The notes beneath the pieces were generated by a model, which saw only the letters and a list, made by a program, of their open reading frames with translations, searched no databases and was not told the origin of the DNA. A program made the position numbers and the translations under genes. Positions 11,572 through 20,584 of a stretch of 64,000 nucleotides of DNA are shown piece by piece. The stretch spans positions 22,783-86,782 of the forward strand of contig JBGAQA010000021.1 in assembly GCA_044220955.1 (NCBI GenBank). The letters are read 5' to 3'. This stretch comes from Sandaracinaceae bacterium. GTDB lineage: Bacteria > Myxococcota_A > Polyangia > Polyangiales > Sandaracinaceae. The stretch's first letter is position 1. The number at the start of each line of letters is the position of its first letter.

Positions 11572-12417
11572 TCAGCGGAGCGCGGCTGCGGCGCGGGTCA
11601 TGGCGGCGACGACCGCGGTCGAGGCCTCCTGGATGCCGGCCGGCGCGTGCGCCGCGAAGCGGTCGGGATGCAGCTCGCGGGCGAGGCGCCGGAGCGCGCC
11701 GCGTGCCTCGGACGGGCGCGCATGGCCGGGCAGATCCAGCAGGCGCGCCGCCGACGCGTCGCGCCGGAGCTCGGTCGTCTTGCGGGCGAGCAGCGTCATG
11801 GCCCCGGCCTCCGAGGGCAGGCTCGCCGCTTCGACGAAGGCGAGCGCGAACGCGAAGCGGAGGGCGCGCTCGGTCCCGGCGACGCGGTGCATCGCGGCCA
11901 GGTCCGTCGGAGCATCGAGCGCGGCGACCAGGGCAGCCTCGTCCGGGTGGAGCGCAGCTTTGGCGCACAGCGAGCGGCCGAGCGCGCTGAGCGACCAGGG
12001 ATGCGCCGAGAGCCGCTCGCGCGCGCGCTCGATCGGGAGGTCCCGGACGGCACGCCGCAGCGCCTCGAGCACGAGGTCCGCCGTGCACGCGGGGTCGACC
12101 CCCGGCGCCACGCGCGGACATCCCGTCCGCAGGCCCACGGACACGCCGCGCCAGGCCATCATCGCGACGAGGCGCGCCCGCATCTGCTCGCGATGAGCCC
12201 CGAGCACCGCGCCCTTCGAGGCGAGCTCACGGTCGATCCCGAGGAGCTCGCACAAGAGGGGCGCCGCCCCGGGGGCCTCGACGTGCGCGATGCGTCCCGC
12301 GATCATCGAGATCGATCCCGAGCGGGACGCGCTGGTCACCGAGATCGTCCCCGTGGCGGAGCCGCGCGCGAGGAGATCGAGGGTCCGGACGATCAGCGGC
12401 GCTGCGTCGGAGGGCAT
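11572..12417 (-). CDS. DUF4388-like N-terminal domain plus C-terminal J-domain protein
   Basis: TGTISV...GSISMIAGRIAHV at the N-terminus; RRLARELHPDRF carries the J-domain HPD motif. Confidence 0.7.
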   Translation of the reverse strand: MPSDAAPLIVRTLDLLARGSATGTISVTSASRSGSISMIAGRIAHVEAPGAAPLLCELLGIDRELASKGAVLGAHREQMRARLVAMMAWRGVSVGLRTGCPRVAPGVDPACTADLVLEALRRAVRDLPIERARERLSAHPWSLSALGRSLCAKAALHPDEAALVAALDAPTDLAAMHRVAGTERALRFAFALAFVEAASLPSEAGAMTLLARKTTELRRDASAARLLDLPGHARPSEARGALRRLARELHPDRFAAHAPAGIQEASTAVVAAMTRAAAALR

Positions 12418-12531
12418 GCATCGCTTGTCGCCGAGGCGACCGACGCGGGCAAACTATCGGCGACCCGGGGATCCAGGGGGCAGGTGCCGACGGCCTCCCC
12501 GCGCACGGCGTGGTAACAACGGCCTCTCGCC

Positions 12532-14571
12532 GTGACCACTCCCTTCTATCTCACCACGCCCATCTACTACGTGAACGGCAAGCCCCACGTCGGGCACGCA
12601 TACTCGACCATCGCCGCCGACGTGCTGGTCCGGCACGCCAAGGTGCGCGGGCGACGCACCCGCTTCCTCACCGGCACCGACGAGCACGGCCAGAAGATCG
12701 AGCGCACGGCGCAGAAGGAGGGCCTCTCGGCGCAGGCCTTCGTCGACCGGCTCATCCCGTCTTTCACCGGCGCCTGGGAGGCGCTCGGGATCGCCAACGA
12801 CGACTTCATCCGCACCACCGAGCCGCGCCACGCGAAGGTGGTCAGCGAGCTCTGGCGTCGCTGCGAGGCGAACGGCGACATCTACCTCGGCGAGTACGAG
12901 GGCTGGTACGCCCAGGCGGACGAGGCCTACTACACCGAGAAGGAGCTCGTGGACGGCAAGGCGCCGACCGGCGCGAGCGTCGAGCGCGTGAAGGAGCCGA
13001 GCTACTTCTTCCGCCTCTCGAGGTACGCGCAGCCACTGCTCGACTACTACGAGGCCCACCCGGACTTCGTTCGACCGGAGGGCAAGTTCAACGAGGTGAA
13101 GGCCTTCGTGAAGAGCGAGGAGGGCCTGCGCGATCTCTCCCTCTCGCGAACGACTTTCCGCTGGGGCCTGCCCGTGCCCGGGGCGCCCGACCACGTCGTC
13201 TACGTGTGGTTCGACGCGCTGACGAACTACGTCTCGGCGCTCTGCGACGACGGGCAGATCGAGGGCGCAGCCCTCTACGAGGCGTTCTGGAAGCACGGCG
13301 AGGCCCTGCACCTCATCGGCAAGGAGATCACTCGGTTCCACTGCGTGTACTGGCCGGCGTTCCTGATGAGCGCGGGCCTGCCCCTGCCGCGCGGCGTGTT
13401 CGCCCACGGCTGGATGACCGTGAACGGCGAGAAGATGAGCAAGTCGGCCGGGAACTTCCTGCCGCCCGAGCCGCTGGCGGAGGCGCTCGGCAAGGACGCG
13501 CTGCGCTACTACCTGATGCGCGACGTGGCGCTCGGCGCGGACAGCGACTTCAGCCACGCCAACATGCTCGCGCGCTACCACGGCGATCTCGGCAACGGCC
13601 TCGGCAACCTCCTGAACCGCATGGTCACGAGCATCGTCGAGAAGAACCTCGACGGACGCGTCCCGGCGCTCGATCCCGGGAGGCACGGCGACCTCGAGCG
13701 CCGCGTGATCGAGACGGCGGAGCGCGCCGCGAAGCACTCGAGCGAGCACCTCGCGGCGATCGCGCCGCATCGCGCGCTCGAGAGCATCTGGGAGCTCGTC
13801 CTGGCGGCCAACAAGTACATCGACGACACGGCGCCCTGGGCGCTGGCGAAGAGCGGTGACCGAGCACGCCTCGAGGTCGTGGCGTACACGGTGCTCGAGT
13901 CGCTCCGCTGGCTGAGCGTGATGCTCTGGCCCTTCATGCCGGAGAAGTGCGACGGGATCCGGGGGCAGCTCGGCTTGCCGCCGCTGATGCCGACCGAGGG
14001 GCTCGACCGATGGCCGAGCGCGTGGGGCGGGCTCGCGGGCGGCACGCGCTGCAGGCCTGGCGCACCGCTGTTCCCGCGCCTCGACGAGGATCAGACGCGG
14101 GCCTACTACGAGCGGCTGGGCGTGCCGCCGCCGAACGCAGGCGTGAAGAAGCCCGAGCCCAAGAGGGCGGAGGCGAAGAAGACGGAGAAGCAGGTGAGCG
14201 ACGCGAAGCCGGCGGAGGCGCCGAAGGCGGAGATCCCGGGTGTGATCACGATCGAGCAGCTCGACAAGATCGAGATGCGGCTCGCCCTGGTGAGGACCGC
14301 GGAGCGGGTGCCGAAGAGCGACAAGCTGCTCGAGCTCTCGGTCGACCTCGGCGAGCTCGGAGCCCGCACGATCCTCGCGGGGATCGGCGAGCACTACGCC
14401 CCGGAGGCGCTGATCGGACGGCGGATCGCGGTCGTCGCCAACCTCGCGCCCCGCACGTTCGCCAAGTTCGGCAAGACCTCCCACGGGATGGTCCTGGCCG
14501 TGAGCGACGCGAGCGGGCTCTCGGTTCTCTCCCCCGACAAAGAGATCTCCCAAGGCGCGCGCCTGAAGTAG
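12532..14571 (+). CDS. metG: Methionine--tRNA ligase with C-terminal tRNA-binding domain
   Basis: YLTTPIYYVN, HVGH (HIGH), TGTDEHG, YVWFDAL, KMSKS; C-terminal DKLL...VANL..R....SHGM. Confidence 0.97.
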   Translation: MTTPFYLTTPIYYVNGKPHVGHAYSTIAADVLVRHAKVRGRRTRFLTGTDEHGQKIERTAQKEGLSAQAFVDRLIPSFTGAWEALGIANDDFIRTTEPRHAKVVSELWRRCEANGDIYLGEYEGWYAQADEAYYTEKELVDGKAPTGASVERVKEPSYFFRLSRYAQPLLDYYEAHPDFVRPEGKFNEVKAFVKSEEGLRDLSLSRTTFRWGLPVPGAPDHVVYVWFDALTNYVSALCDDGQIEGAALYEAFWKHGEALHLIGKEITRFHCVYWPAFLMSAGLPLPRGVFAHGWMTVNGEKMSKSAGNFLPPEPLAEALGKDALRYYLMRDVALGADSDFSHANMLARYHGDLGNGLGNLLNRMVTSIVEKNLDGRVPALDPGRHGDLERRVIETAERAAKHSSEHLAAIAPHRALESIWELVLAANKYIDDTAPWALAKSGDRARLEVVAYTVLESLRWLSVMLWPFMPEKCDGIRGQLGLPPLMPTEGLDRWPSAWGGLAGGTRCRPGAPLFPRLDEDQTRAYYERLGVPPPNAGVKKPEPKRAEAKKTEKQVSDAKPAEAPKAEIPGVITIEQLDKIEMRLALVRTAERVPKSDKLLELSVDLGELGARTILAGIGEHYAPEALIGRRIAVVANLAPRTFAKFGKTSHGMVLAVSDASGLSVLSPDKEISQGARLK

Positions 14572-14595
14572 TAGTCTCCCGCCAGTCGGTGCGTG

Positions 14596-14625
14596 TTGAC
14601 ACGCGCCGTGACGTGACAATACGGT
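14596..14625 (+). promoter_or_regulatory. Strong sigma70-type promoter for the histone H1-like gene
   Basis: TTGACA-N18-TACGGT, followed by SD GGAGGG before ATG 14667. Confidence 0.65.
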
Positions 14626-14666
14626 TCACGCACCGTTGTCGTCTCGAAGACCGGAGGGACTCGCAC

Positions 14667-14960
14667 ATGGCGAAGGCGAAGAAGAAGAGCGCGAAGAAGG
14701 CGGCCCCGAAGAAGAAGGCTGCGCCCAAGAAGGCGGCCCCGAAGAAGAAGGCTGCGCCCAAGAAGGCGGCCCCGAAGAAGGCCGCGCCCAAGAAGGCCGC
14801 TGCGCCGAAGAAGGCCGCTGCGCCGAAGAAGCCCGCTGCACCGAAGAAGCCCGCTGCACCGAAGAAGCCCGCTGCACCGAAGAAGCCCGCTGCACCGGCC
14901 GCGCCGCCGCCGCCGCCGACAGAGGCAGCGACGCCGACGACGGACCTGCTCTCGCCCTGA
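14667..14960 (+). CDS. Histone H1-like Lys/Ala/Pro-rich protein (97 aa)
   Basis: MAKAKKKSAKKAAPKKK...(PKKPAA)n; good SD and promoter; hidden at the end of a longer spurious ORF-track call. Confidence 0.82.
   Translation: MAKAKKKSAKKAAPKKKAAPKKAAPKKKAAPKKAAPKKAAPKKAAAPKKAAAPKKPAAPKKPAAPKKPAAPKKPAAPAAPPPPPTEAATPTTDLLSP
14694..14894 (+). repeat. Coding tandem repeats in the H1-like gene
   Basis: Two exact 33-nt copies (14694-14759) and four exact 18-nt copies of ccgaagaagcccgctgca (14823-14894). Confidence 0.9.
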
Positions 14961-14987
14961 CGCGGTCGAGCGTCGGTGGGTGCGCCG

Positions 14988-15010
14988 ACCGGCTCGCTCA
15001 GCGAGCCGGT
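14988..15010. terminator. Perfect 10-bp inverted repeat between convergent genes, possible terminator hairpin
   Basis: accggctcgc-tca-gcgagccggt; no U-tract. Confidence 0.4.
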
Positions 15011-15966
15011 GGCGGCGTGTCTTCGATCGCCCGGAGCATCTCGTCCAGATCGTGTTCGGGCGCTCCGTCGGAGCCGCGCCGGCCGAAGATGTCGGGGACG
15101 ACCCGCTGGAGATCGTCGGGCGTCGTGCCGACCGGTCCGTGAAGGACGTCCTCGCGGGGCAGCGGGAGCTCCACCAGCCCGCGGCACAGGCCGCACTGCG
15201 CGTAGCTCTGATCGCAAGTGACCTGCTCCAGGCACTGCGCGCAGTCCGCCTCGCGCGCCGTGGAGCCTCGCCCTTCGAACGCGACCTGGGCGGCCTGCGC
15301 GACGCACGCGGCCTGGGCGGGCCCACCACACTCGGCCGCCTTCGCGCACGCCGCGACCATCGCGCGGCCCGCGTACAAAGAGGGTGCCGCCACGAGCGAG
15401 AGCGGCACGAGCGCGATCATCGCCGCGGCGAGCGCGGGCCCGACACGCGCCACGATCGGCGCGGGCCGCCCGTGCTGGAGCGAGCCGATCCACAGCACCG
15501 ACGAGATCGCGTCCACGATCGGCACGCCGAGCACGCCGTACCAGAACGGCGGCCACGCGAGGGCCAGGCCGACGCATGCGGCCTGGAGGGCCAGGAACGC
15601 GAGCCCCACCCGAGTACGCCGCGCGTAGAAGCTGCCCCCGCCGACCGGGAGCCAGAGCGCCGCGAACACGGCGACGCGCCGGTTGCGGTCGGTGCGCGGG
15701 CGGTCCTCGGGTCGCTCGTCGATCGGCGGCGAAGCGGTGCGCAGCCCGTCGTAGATCTCGCGGGCCCGCTCGAGATCCTTCTTGGGGACACGAACGATGA
15801 TGTCCACGTAGCCCCCGGCGATGCCGAGCATCGACCGGTGGGTGAGGCCCGGCGTCGACACCGCGATTCCTTCGGTCTCGAGCAGATCGCGCAGCGCGCC
15901 CGCCTCCACCGCGTCGGACATCCGGGCCAGGATCTGCGTCTCGTCGTCTCGGGGATCGTCCGTCAT
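14998..15966 (-). CDS. Membrane protein with DUF2007-like N-terminus and Cys-rich C-terminal part
   Basis: EAGALRDLLETEGIAV...IIVRV..KDLERAREI; several TM helices; CxxC clusters. Confidence 0.68.
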   Translation of the reverse strand: MTDDPRDDETQILARMSDAVEAGALRDLLETEGIAVSTPGLTHRSMLGIAGGYVDIIVRVPKKDLERAREIYDGLRTASPPIDERPEDRPRTDRNRRVAVFAALWLPVGGGSFYARRTRVGLAFLALQAACVGLALAWPPFWYGVLGVPIVDAISSVLWIGSLQHGRPAPIVARVGPALAAAMIALVPLSLVAAPSLYAGRAMVAACAKAAECGGPAQAACVAQAAQVAFEGRGSTAREADCAQCLEQVTCDQSYAQCGLCRGLVELPLPREDVLHGPVGTTPDDLQRVVPDIFGRRGSDGAPEHDLDEMLRAIEDTPPPAR

Positions 15967-17048
15967 CCGGGTCTCAGGTGCGAGAACGATCGCACGAAGT
16001 TGTCGCCGAGCACGCCTCGGATGCGCTGCTCGGTCCAGCGCCGCTCGAGCATGTACTCGACCAAGCGGTAGAACCCCACGCCGCCGTCGCGCAGATCCGC
16101 AGGCGGCACGATGAATCCGTCGTAGTCGCTGCCGAGCGCAGCGCACTGCTCGCCGCCCGCGTCGATGGCGGCCTCGACGTGATCGAGCACGGCCCGTCCG
16201 TCCCGCGTGCGGGCGCCGAGAAACGCGCCGTGGAAGATGATCGCGACGACGCCGCCCGTATCGGCGACGGCGCGGACCTGCCGGGCGTCGATGTTCCGCC
16301 ACATGTCGTGGACCTGCGCGATCCCGGTGTGCGTGACGATGAGCGGCCTGTCGCGGTCGTGCACCTCGACGGCGTCCCAGAACGTGCGCGGGCTCGCGTG
16401 GGCGAGGTCGACGAAGATGCGCTCCGCGTCCAGCCAGCGAACGAAGTCCCGGCCGCGAGCGGTCAGTCCCGTGTCCGCGCGTCCGCGTGCCGGGCTCGAG
16501 GTCGCGCCGAAGACCGAGCTCGAGAGGTGCACGACGGTGATCCGGGTGATGAGCCCGCCCGGGTTCTCGAACGCGCGGCTCTCGAGCGCGTTGCCGCCTT
16601 GCACCGCCAAGAGCGCTGCGTGCTTGCCGGCCCTCCGCGCGGCCGCGTACTCGGCGTGGGTTCGAACGACCGCCACGTCGGGACTCGCCTCGAGCGTGGC
16701 GCGCAGCGCGGCGACGTTCTGCGCGAACACCTCGGTCCGACGCGCCGCGCGCCGAGCGATGTTCGTCGAGATCGACCACATCGCCCCCGTCAGCCCACCT
16801 CCGAGGGCGCGAGGGAGATCGAGGTGTCCGAAGAGGTGCCCGAGGAACGGGAAGCGGTAGGAGTGACGGCGGTGCAGATCGTAGTGATAGAGGCGCGCCG
16901 GGATGAACGACTCGACGTGCAGATCGACGATCTCCGAGCTCCACGCGAGCTCGATCGCCTCGCGGGAGACGCCGACCTCGCGGGCGACCTCGGACGCCGG
17001 GCGCCCGAGCGACCTCTCGGCCAGCGAGGCGGCGCGTCCAGACGTCAA
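15963..17048 (-). CDS. Membrane dipeptidase (peptidase M19)
   Basis: VDLHVES, HLDLPR, VDLAHAS, THTG, RNID, LGSDYDG; TTG start inferred from overlap with the upstream stop. Confidence 0.85.
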   Translation of the reverse strand: MTSGRAASLAERSLGRPASEVAREVGVSREAIELAWSSEIVDLHVESFIPARLYHYDLHRRHSYRFPFLGHLFGHLDLPRALGGGLTGAMWSISTNIARRAARRTEVFAQNVAALRATLEASPDVAVVRTHAEYAAARRAGKHAALLAVQGGNALESRAFENPGGLITRITVVHLSSSVFGATSSPARGRADTGLTARGRDFVRWLDAERIFVDLAHASPRTFWDAVEVHDRDRPLIVTHTGIAQVHDMWRNIDARQVRAVADTGGVVAIIFHGAFLGARTRDGRAVLDHVEAAIDAGGEQCAALGSDYDGFIVPPADLRDGGVGFYRLVEYMLERRWTEQRIRGVLGDNFVRSFSHLRPG

Positions 17049-17620
17049 CGCGAGACGCCGAACTGCACCCGGTGGCCCGACAGCTCGTCGAGGTCGGCGA
17101 CGAAGCGATCGCCCACGTGCCGCGCCGGGTACATCTGCCAGCGCGTCTGTGTCGCGCTGACGAAGTGCTCGCGCTGCGAGCCCTCTTCCTCCACGGCGAG
17201 CGCGAGATCGCTCTCCGGGTAACCTTCCGGGATCCGCGTGAAGGGCACGCTGTAGTGGATCGAGCGGGTGAGGGTCGGGGTGAGGGCGGGGGAGATCTCG
17301 ACGAGCGGCCCGAGCGGCGTCTGGTACTCGGCGGTGTCGAAGACGTGCGCCCCCTCCGCCACGCGCATCGTGAGCTCCACCTCGTCGCTCATCGCGTTCG
17401 CGTCGATCTCGAGGCGCGCGCCGTTGGCCAGCTCCAGCGTGCCGCCCATCCGCCCGACGCGGGCCGACACGCTGCTGTCCCCGCGGGCGTGCGCCGCGCT
17501 CGGAGGAGGAGGTGGCGGCGGTGGCGTATCCGTCTCGGCGGTCGTGGTGTGCGCCTGGGACGTCCCGCCTCCACATGCTGCGAGCGCGAGCACCAGGACG
17601 GTGACTGCTCGGATCTGCAT
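17045..17620 (-). CDS. Hypothetical lipoprotein with ZU5-like domain
   Basis: SD GGAGG; lipobox LAAC; poly-Pro linker; GGTLEL..GARLEI...A and GPLVEISP resemble ZU5. Confidence 0.68.
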   Translation of the reverse strand: MQIRAVTVLVLALAACGGGTSQAHTTTAETDTPPPPPPPPSAAHARGDSSVSARVGRMGGTLELANGARLEIDANAMSDEVELTMRVAEGAHVFDTAEYQTPLGPLVEISPALTPTLTRSIHYSVPFTRIPEGYPESDLALAVEEEGSQREHFVSATQTRWQMYPARHVGDRFVADLDELSGHRVQFGVSR

Positions 17621-17671
17621 CGGTCTACCCTCCCGAGCGGGAGCTTACCATTCGCGCCGACGATCGCTCGT

Positions 17672-18202
17672 ATGTCGTTGACCATGACGCATGCGGTTTG
17701 GCAGGCTCGGCCCGTGGTCGACGCACGCTCCGTCCTGGCAGGGGCCCTCGCGCTGGGGCTCGTCGTCGCCCCGTGCGGCTGCGGGACCGTCGAGCTGGGC
17801 GAGAACATCGTCCAGCCGAACACGCAGCTCAGCGAGGACTACTTCTATTGCTTCATCCAGCCGGACGTCATCCAGGGCGCGAGCTGCGCGACCGGGACCG
17901 CCGGCGACACGGGCGGCTGCCACCAGACGCAGTCCTCCCTGCGGCTGATCGACACGGCGGCGGCCACGCGTCCATCGTGCACCGGCAGCTCCGACATGGC
18001 GTCGAGCGTGCGCCTGGCCCCGGGCGCCGTGGTGCCGCCCGAGTACATCGACAACTTCCAGCGGGTGCAGTTCACGCTCGGGCCCGACGCCGAGTCGAGC
18101 CCCTTCTATCGCCGGCCGACGATGATGGACTCGCATCCCCGCGTCGCCGTGGACGGCCCGCAGACACAGCTGATCCTGAACTGGTTCGGGAGCGCGCTTT
18201 GA
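17672..18202 (+). CDS. Lipoprotein with atypical CX10CH cytochrome c-like motif
   Basis: Hydrophobic N-terminus ending CGC; YCFIQP..CATGTAGDTGGCH...SPFYRRP...HP...ILNW; start uncertain. Confidence 0.6.
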   Translation: MSLTMTHAVWQARPVVDARSVLAGALALGLVVAPCGCGTVELGENIVQPNTQLSEDYFYCFIQPDVIQGASCATGTAGDTGGCHQTQSSLRLIDTAAATRPSCTGSSDMASSVRLAPGAVVPPEYIDNFQRVQFTLGPDAESSPFYRRPTMMDSHPRVAVDGPQTQLILNWFGSAL

Positions 18203-19026
18203 CGCGCGCCGCGCTGGTCCTGGCCCTGCTCTCGTGCGCCCTGCCCGCGCGCGCGCAGGACACCGCCAGCGCCCCCGACCCCAGCGCGTCCAGCGACTCC
18301 GCGACGACGGGCGGCGCCGCGGACGACGAGGCGCCGCGCGGCGTGTACGCGCGCGTCGTCGTCGACCGCGCGGAGCTGCACAGCGGTCCAGGCACCTCGT
18401 TCCGGCACGTGTACACGGCGAGCCGCGGCGACGTGTTCCTCATCGTCGAGCGCGGCGCGCGGGGCTACTGGTTCCGCGTCGAGCTGCCCGACGGAACCTT
18501 CGCGTGGGTGCAAGGGGACGCGGTGTACACGCACGAGCTGTCCGACGAGGAGGCGCACGCGGGCCAGTTCGCGCCGGAGGTCTTCGCGCCGCCCCCGCTG
18601 CCGCAGGCGGTGGGCGAGATCGCGTTCAACTTCGGGGCGCTCGGTCTGGTCAACGGCTTCATGTCGATCCGTCCGGCGTTCTACCTGGCGCCCGAGTTCG
18701 GGATCGAGATCACCGCGGCGGCCGCCGTCGGCGACCGCGGTCGGTTGCTCATCGGCACCGCCGGCGGGATCGTCAACGTGTTCCCGCGCTCGGTGGTGAT
18801 CCCTTTCTTCGCGCTCGGCGGGGGCGTCGCCTACGGCGATCCGAACGCGGACGCGTTCCTGGTTCGCTCGGGCGCGACCGGTGCCCTCTACGGCGGGGGC
18901 GGCCTGCGCTTCGCGTTCCGCTATCGGATCACCATCCGCCTCGAAGCGCGTCTCTGGGCGTTCTTCGATCAGAACCGCTACGTCGCGCAGGAGGAGTACT
19001 CGGGTGGCCTCACCGTCTTCTTCTGA
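18199..19026 (+). CDS. SH3b domain plus outer-membrane beta-barrel protein
   Basis: Signal peptide; LHSGPGTSF...GYWFRVELPDG..AWV (SH3_3); amphipathic strands ending in C-terminal Phe (GLTVFF). Confidence 0.75.
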   Translation: MTRAALVLALLSCALPARAQDTASAPDPSASSDSATTGGAADDEAPRGVYARVVVDRAELHSGPGTSFRHVYTASRGDVFLIVERGARGYWFRVELPDGTFAWVQGDAVYTHELSDEEAHAGQFAPEVFAPPPLPQAVGEIAFNFGALGLVNGFMSIRPAFYLAPEFGIEITAAAAVGDRGRLLIGTAGGIVNVFPRSVVIPFFALGGGVAYGDPNADAFLVRSGATGALYGGGGLRFAFRYRITIRLEARLWAFFDQNRYVAQEEYSGGLTVFF

Positions 19027-19042
19027 GCGCCTCGCGCGTACG

Positions 19043-19249
19043 CTGGCAGGCGCGCTCGCCGTCTGCTTGGCGCTCGGCGCCGCCGGGTGCGTGACCGTGC
19101 GCCCCGAGCAGCGCGAGTTCCTCGCCGATCCGGCCATGACGTTCGGCTCGGGCGGGCAGGCGGAGGCCGACCTCGATCACGTGCTCGAGAACCGCGAAGG
19201 CTCGGCGGGCGCCGCGACGGTCAACGGAGGCGGCTGCGGGTGCAACTGA
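19043..19249 (+). CDS. DUF4266-family small lipoprotein
   Basis: AAGC-VTVRPEQREFLADPAM...REGSAG...GGGCGCN-stop; start codon unclear (CTG 19043 or TTG 19067). Confidence 0.8.
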   Translation: MAGALAVCLALGAAGCVTVRPEQREFLADPAMTFGSGGQAEADLDHVLENREGSAGAATVNGGGCGCN

Positions 19250-20523
19250 CGACTCGAGGGCCCGGCGCGAGCGCGCGTCGAGTGGGCGGACGGAGGGGCG
19301 GCCCGGGCGGGGCCGAGCCCCCGAGGGGCTGGCTCGTGCTCCTCGCCTGCGCGGCGCTGCTCGCCGTGACCGGCGAGGTGCGCGCGGACGTCGGTGGTCA
19401 GCTGAACGCCGGCGCGACGCTCTTCCACGAGGGCTTCGGCGGCCCGCTCGAGATGAACGTCGTCACGCCGAGCGTCAACGGCCGGATCGAGCCGATCGAC
19501 GAGCTCGCGTTGCGGGTCGGCTGGCAGGCGGACGTGGTGAGCGGAGCCTCGGTCGCGGTCGTCGACGCGCCCTCCCCGCAGCCCGACGTGGTCAGCACCG
19601 CGACGAGGCTCAGCGACTTCCGCAACACCTTCTCGGGCGGCGCCGAGATCCGGAGCGACTTCGGCTCGATCCGCGCCGGCTACTCGTACGGCTTCGAGAA
19701 CGACTACCGCAGCCACGGCCTGCAGATCGGTGCGCGCGCGGAGGCGTTCGAGCGAACGATGCTCTTCGATCTGAGCTACGCGCGCGGGTGGGACTCGATC
19801 TGCGACGCGAACCAGGGCCGCGCGCAGGATCCGGTGGAGCGGCGGCGCCTCTCGTCGTCGACGGGGTGCTTCACCACGGAGATGAACTTCGCGGCCCACG
19901 ACGTCTCGATCCAGACCTTCCAGGGCAGCTGGACCCAGCTCTGGGCCCCGGTGTTCTCGACCCAGCTCACGATCTCGGCCCAGCTCGTCGACGGGTTCCA
20001 GAGCAACCCCTACCGCGGCGTCTGGCTCGGCCGCGCGGCCGCGCAAGAACATCACCCGAACCATCGCGCCCGCTACGCGGCCGCCCTCGGCGCGCGCCTC
20101 TGGCTCCAGCCGCTCTCCGGAGCCCTTCAGGCCACCGCCCGCGTCTACCGCGATACGTGGGACATCGACTCGATCTCGGCCGAGCTGGCCTACGAGCAGG
20201 TGATCGAGGGGATGCTGCGCATCCGCGTCCACGGCCGCTACTACACGCAGACGCGCGCGGCGTTCTACTCCGACGACTACGCGCTGCGCCCGCGGGGACA
20301 GTACTTCACGGGAGACCGCGAGCTCTCGGCGATGTCCTCCGTGCTGGTCGGCGGCTCGATCGCGTACTCGGCGACGAACCTGGGCGAGCCGCTGAGCGAG
20401 TTCGACGTCGCGCTGCGCGCGGACTGGGTGCACGGCGAGTACCCGGACTTCCACTACGGTCTCGCGGCGGTGCCCAACCGCGACTCCGTCGTCGTCTCCC
20501 TCGCCGTCGAGCTGCATTTCTGA
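19240..20523 (+). CDS. DUF3570-family outer-membrane beta-barrel protein
   Basis: GTG start overlapping the GCN-stop of the upstream gene, SD GGAGG 9 nt upstream; DVVSGAS, ENDYRS, NPYR, YRDTWDI, TGDRELS; C-terminal Phe. Confidence 0.8.
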   Translation: MQLTTRGPGASARRVGGRRGGPGGAEPPRGWLVLLACAALLAVTGEVRADVGGQLNAGATLFHEGFGGPLEMNVVTPSVNGRIEPIDELALRVGWQADVVSGASVAVVDAPSPQPDVVSTATRLSDFRNTFSGGAEIRSDFGSIRAGYSYGFENDYRSHGLQIGARAEAFERTMLFDLSYARGWDSICDANQGRAQDPVERRRLSSSTGCFTTEMNFAAHDVSIQTFQGSWTQLWAPVFSTQLTISAQLVDGFQSNPYRGVWLGRAAAQEHHPNHRARYAAALGARLWLQPLSGALQATARVYRDTWDIDSISAELAYEQVIEGMLRIRVHGRYYTQTRAAFYSDDYALRPRGQYFTGDRELSAMSSVLVGGSIAYSATNLGEPLSEFDVALRADWVHGEYPDFHYGLAAVPNRDSVVVSLAVELHF

Positions 20524-20584
20524 CCGGGGTGCCGCCCGGCCGGTTGGCGACCAGGGGGTGGCGCGGGTATACGGCTTCTCGCTC

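Noticed and set aside
14694..14894. Tandem repeats as a CRISPR-like array
   Set aside because: No unique spacers, in-frame coding repeats, and no cas genes
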